Assembly: GCF_018350175.1 (NCBI RefSeq)
Contig: NC_058377.1
Coordinates: forward strand, 61,876,001 to 61,940,000
Origin: Felis catus
Lineage: Eukaryota
Direction: 5' to 3'
DNA length: 64,000 nucleotides
Shown: positions 59,481 through 64,000 of the stretch, in pieces
How positions within the stretch are numbered: position 1 is the stretch's first letter
How the letters are laid out: every line of letters begins with the position of its first letter
Notes under the pieces: generated by a model
Database searches by the model: none
What the model was told of the DNA's origin: nothing
The model's input: only the letters and a program-made list of their open reading frames with translations
Program-made: the position numbers and the translations under genes

Positions 59481-60035
59481 TAAAAGTTGTTATTTTAATA
59501 GCATGTTTAGATGGAAAATAAATTGCACATTGTGCTTTCCAAAAACACAAAAGTCATTGAATGTGTTTATATTAAACTTAAATTTGTATTTTTAAATCAC
59601 TTGTTATCACATAATAGATCATGGTACAGACAAGCAGAAGTAAATTGCTAAAGGTTGAAAATTAAGCAAAAAAAAATTATAACACTGAAAACATTCTATC
59701 CATTACCTTATTTTTTCCTATGAGTTGTTAAGGAATAGCATTCTTTCATTTCCATAACAGACCATTGTGTTTCATTTCAGAGCCGGTCAAAGTTCAATAG
59801 GGAGTAGAAAATGCGAAACACTGTCTGACATCAGCCCAAGTGAGGTTGTGAGGAGAGGTGATAAAGGAGCATTAATTTTACATCTTCCCTTTTGGTCTCC
59901 TGCATTGTGGAATTTCAAAAAAAAACATTTAGGGAGGGAGTTACATTTAAGAATATTTCGTAATATTCTAAAGTATGTCCAGAGAACCTTGCATACCCTG
60001 TAATAAGTGGCTTTACCTGCTGTTTTTGGAATTTA

Positions 60036-60251
60036 TTTTTTCTAATTAAAAAAATTAATGTTTATTTCTGAGAGAGAGACTGAGTGTGGTTGGGGGAGAG
60101 GCAGTGAAAGAGGGAGACACAGAATCCAAAGCGGGCTCCAAGCTCTGAGCTGTCAGCACAGAACCCAATGCGGGGCTCAAACCCATGAACTATGAGATCA
60201 TGACCTGAGCCAAAATTGGCCGCTTAACCAACTGAGCCACCCAGGCACCCC
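60036..60251 (-). mobile_element. CAN-SINE
   Basis: TSD tg(t/g)ttttggaattta. Confidence 0.9.
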
Positions 60252-61376
60252 TGGTTTTGGAATTTAGGTGTTAGATGCCTTCTACTTCTCATAGATGGTT
60301 CCTAACCCTTGAGTGGAATTATTCACCATTGAGTAATTTATTATTTATGTAAACTTTGGGCGGAAATTTGCTTTAGCCCTGCCATGGTGCACATATTATA
60401 TCAATGAACAATCAAATTATAAATCAGAGAGAAATTCCCTGCTAGATGGATAAGGGTCTGAGACAAAGCTTCAGAGAACTACTGCTGAGGACGGGGATTC
60501 TGAGCAGCAGCACTGGACTTGAAGAGGGAGGAGGATGGAGCAGATAAGCCCTGGGAAACCTGTACAGTGCAATGAGCTCCCATTAGTACCACACAAAGAA
60601 ACTGACTGAGGATTCTAGAGGAGATAGTCTTAAGGAGATGCATGGGTCACTCTCTTCTTGAGCACTCACCCCTGGATTTCATCCCATCATGCCACATGTT
60701 CCACTATAAGGAAGTCTAAATTGTCCCAAGTGAAAGACTACTCCTGGAGAGGGTCAGTTTTAGTACCTCCTCCCTGTCCTAATTAGAGATGATAGAGTTC
60801 AGCTGAATGTTCTATTCTGTTCTTTATTTTCTCAGTGTTCAGGCAAAGCAAAAAGTGGGGCAGAAGATGAAGACAGAAATGATAACTTGACAAAGAGAGA
60901 AGAACTGAAGGACAGGAAAGAGACAGAAAGGAGGGGATAAAAAATACAAAGGAAATAATATGGAAATGGGAGAGTCAAGTGAAGGAAAGAGGGTGCCAAA
61001 CATAGGGAGACAGTGACTAGAACATTAAAGATGGAGAGGAAGAAAGAAGACAAATAAGGCCAAGAACACCTCTTAAGAACACTGAGAACATTACAAGGTG
61101 ATGCCTCAGCAGCTCCATGAGGGTGGGCTGGGTTTTCCCCAAGCTAGGCCAAGGATGTAGAAGGCCCTAGCCACACCACATTTCACGGGAGCTGCCTGCC
61201 AGGCTCTGGGAAGTGGAGGGGCTATGGGAAGCCATTCATATCCCCCAGTCAAACCCAGCTGGGAATAGATTCCTCACAGGGGATCCCAGCGGACTCTGCT
61301 TGCTGTCTATTCCATGGATGATCCAGACCTGTTTGTGAAGATCAAGGCTCTCAGACTCTTCTCCTAGCTGAGCAGG

Positions 61377-61390
61377 GCTTACCTGCCCCC
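61377..61390 (-). other. Possible 5' non-coding exon donor for the 58.2 kb OR
   Basis: CAG|gtaagc on the minus strand, about 3.2 kb upstream of the ATG; motif only. Confidence 0.25.
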
Positions 61391-62294
61391 ACACCATGTC
61401 TTCATGGCTCCTGAGATCCTCTTAAAGATGAGTTTTAAGGCACCTCTGGCATATGAGGAGTGTGAATACCAGGGGACCCAGTGATTGCAAACAGTAAGCT
61501 AAGAATATAACTCATTCTTCCTTATCTTCAGCTCCAGAATTTCTTTTCCCCACACCATGTCCCTACCCTAAGGCTCTCTTCTTAGGGAACTTTCGGAAAC
61601 CAGAATGTAAGGTTGGCTTGGGTCATCGGTGACAGAAAAACAATAATCATCAAGGATACTGGGTGTTTACAATGTCCCTAAACTCCTTCAAGAGCTCTAT
61701 GAGCATTGTCTCTTTCTATCGTAGCAACCACATTTAGATGGAAATGTTCACTTCTCATTTTACAGATGAGAAACATGATGCCAAGGGGGTTAAATTAAGT
61801 CCAAAATTATATCACTGAGTGGCAGAGCTACATCCATAGACTATTCATTTATTCACTTAACATTTTCAGAAAACCTAAAAAAATTTATCCAGCAATGACC
61901 CTGAAACATGCATCATATGCCTGCTAATCACTATCATCTTTATCTTTTTCCCCATTTATCCTATCTTTCATATTTGATTGTCTTTCTTGCCTTTGTCTTT
62001 CTTTGCCTTTATTCAAACTCCCTCAAAAATAACTAGAGAAAACAAGAGAGGAAAAAAGGATAAAAGAAACAAAAATTATTCTCTCTCATCCTATGACTGT
62101 AAATGTCTGGCTTTCCCATAAGACCACTAGCTAATATCTGGGAGACAAGCCTGACTCCTTCCTCAGTAACCCCCAACCAAACCCAGGGCTTGTATTTGCT
62201 ATATGAATGACATCACATCTATGGTATCACATATACAGCGAGTCCCAGGCAGTTGAACCTTTAAGTTTCAAAGATTACTTGATTCTCTGATTTC

Positions 62295-63955
62295 TTTTTT
62301 AAAATTTTGCTATTAATATATAATTCACATCTTATAAAATTCAGTTTTTAAGTATAGAAATCAGTGATCTTTAGTGTATCTGCAAAGTTGTGCAGTCATC
62401 ACCAACATCAAATCACAGAATGTTTTCATCACTCTGAAAAGAAACTTCCTGGCCTTTAGCAGTCACTCCCCATTCTCATCTACCCTAGCCCCTGACAACA
62501 ACTAATCCATTTTCTGCTGCTTTGGACTTGACCATTTCTGAACATTTTATCTAAATATAATCAAATGTGCTGCTTTTCATGTCTGGCTTCTTTCATTTAG
62601 CATGTTTTCAAGGTTCATTATATATCAGTACTTAATGTCTGATAAAATTTCCATTGTATAAAATATACCACATTTTATTTGTGTAATAGTCACATGATGG
62701 GTATTTGGATTGTTCTCATTTTGAGGCTGCAAATAATACTTCTTTGAATATTAATGTATAAGCTTTATTATAGACATATATCTTTGGTTCTTTGGAGCAT
62801 GTAGCCAAGAATAAAATTGCTGAGTCACTTGGTAACTCTATGTTCACCTGTCTGAAGAAAAGCCAAAAGGTTTTCCAAAGTTGCTTCACCAATTTACATT
62901 TCATCAGCAATGTTTGAGGATTCCAGTTTCTCCACATCTTTGCCAACTTTGTTATTTTCTGTTTTGTTTTGTTTTGTTTTCCTAATAGGAATGCAATGGT
63001 ATCTCATAGCAGTCTTGATTTGCATTTCCCAAATGGCCGATGAAGCTCAACTTCATACCATGTGCTTATTGGTGTGCTTACCATGTGCTATTTGTATGTC
63101 TGTTTTTGAAGAAATGTCTACTCAAATCATTTGCTTATTTTTAAACTAGTTTATTTGACTTTTTGTTGTTGAGTTGTAAGAGATCTTTATGTATTTTGGA
63201 TATGAAACTATTGTTAGATATATGATTTGCAAATATTTTTTTCCACTTTCTTCGCAGTGTCCTTAAAAGCACAAAAGGTTTGTTTTTTGTTAAGTCCAAT
63301 TTATCTATTTTTTCTCTGGTTTCTTGTCCTTGTCATGTTATACCAAAACAACCATTGTCTAATACATCTGAGTTTTCTTCTAAAGGTATTATAGTTTTAT
63401 AATTTCTCAGCTTTTTGGCTAAGATCAAGTGTAAAGGTGTTAAGAGTTTTACACCTTACATGTAGACCTTTTATCTATTTGAATCAATTTTTTTACATGT
63501 TTATTTATTTTGAAGAAGAGAGTATGAGTGGAGGAGGGGCAGAGAGAGAGAAAGAGAGAGAATCCCAAGTAGGCTCCATGCTCAGCACAGAGCCTGACAC
63601 GGGGCTCAATCTCACAACTGTGAGATCATGACCGAAGCCAAAATCAAGAGTCAGGTACTCAACTGACTGAGCAGCCCAGGTGCCCCAGAGTTAATTTTTT
63701 AAAATTTTGAGTTAATTTTTGTATATAAGTTGAGAGAAGGATCCAACTTCAGTCTTTCTCATGTAGATATTCAATTATCCCACCAACATTTGTTGAAAAA
63801 AATTATTATTTACCCATTAAACAGTCTGAGTATCATTGTTGAAAATTCATTGACCATAGATGTATGGGTTTACCTCTGAACTGTCAGTTTTCTTCCATTA
63901 GCCTGTATGTTTACCCCTTACATTGGTATCATACTGTCTCAAATAATCTAGATTT
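62295..63955 (-). mobile_element. Ancient L1M (L1MB-like) 3' region
   Basis: ataattcacatc...agttgtgcagtcatcacc...tagcagtcactccccattc...ccacattttatt...gtggtatctc-like segment and ORF2 antisense remnants. Confidence 0.8.
63486..63687 (-). mobile_element. CAN-SINE nested in the L1M
   Basis: Head rc(ggggcacctgggctgctcag) at the right end. Confidence 0.88.
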
Positions 63956-64000
63956 GCAAAAGAGAGAACAGACAGCATGGAAATCTGAGATACTGTTTCC

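Noticed and set aside
1-64000. CRISPR-like or other regularly spaced repeat arrays
   Set aside because: The DNA is mammalian. The short direct repeats seen are TSD pairs or microsatellites; no repeat-spacer array exists.

Overview
Eukaryotic genomic DNA from a felid. It carries SINEC_Fc-type CAN-SINEs and L1_Fc-type LINEs, and four N gaps, so it is probably a draft assembly. The window is part of the class I olfactory receptor (OR51) cluster, presumably syntenic to human 11p15.4. It holds five intact ORs, each with a single coding exon: two OR51I2 copies on + (7143-8081, 22497-23435) and three related OR51-family genes on - (32712-33656, 47213-48157, 57256-58203). The rest is interspersed repeats (SINEs, L1, L2, MIR, LTRs, MER DNA elements) and microsatellites. 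The main structure not explained by the gene list is a ~14-15 kb tandem duplication covering the first 27.6 kb. Its background identity is only ~70-85%, but three sharply bounded tracts are 97-100% identical: the upstream/putative promoter region, the coding exon, and a downstream block ending inside an LTR. This is the pattern expected from repeated gene conversion between old paralogs; collapse or chimerism in the assembly must be excluded first. There are no prokaryote-type features (CRISPR, operons). Identities and difference counts come from by-eye alignment, and repeat and gene family names come from recalled consensus sequences, not database searches. I see no novel multi-gene system; the best candidates for new biology are the concerted evolution of this OR pair and several atypical retrotransposition junctions.
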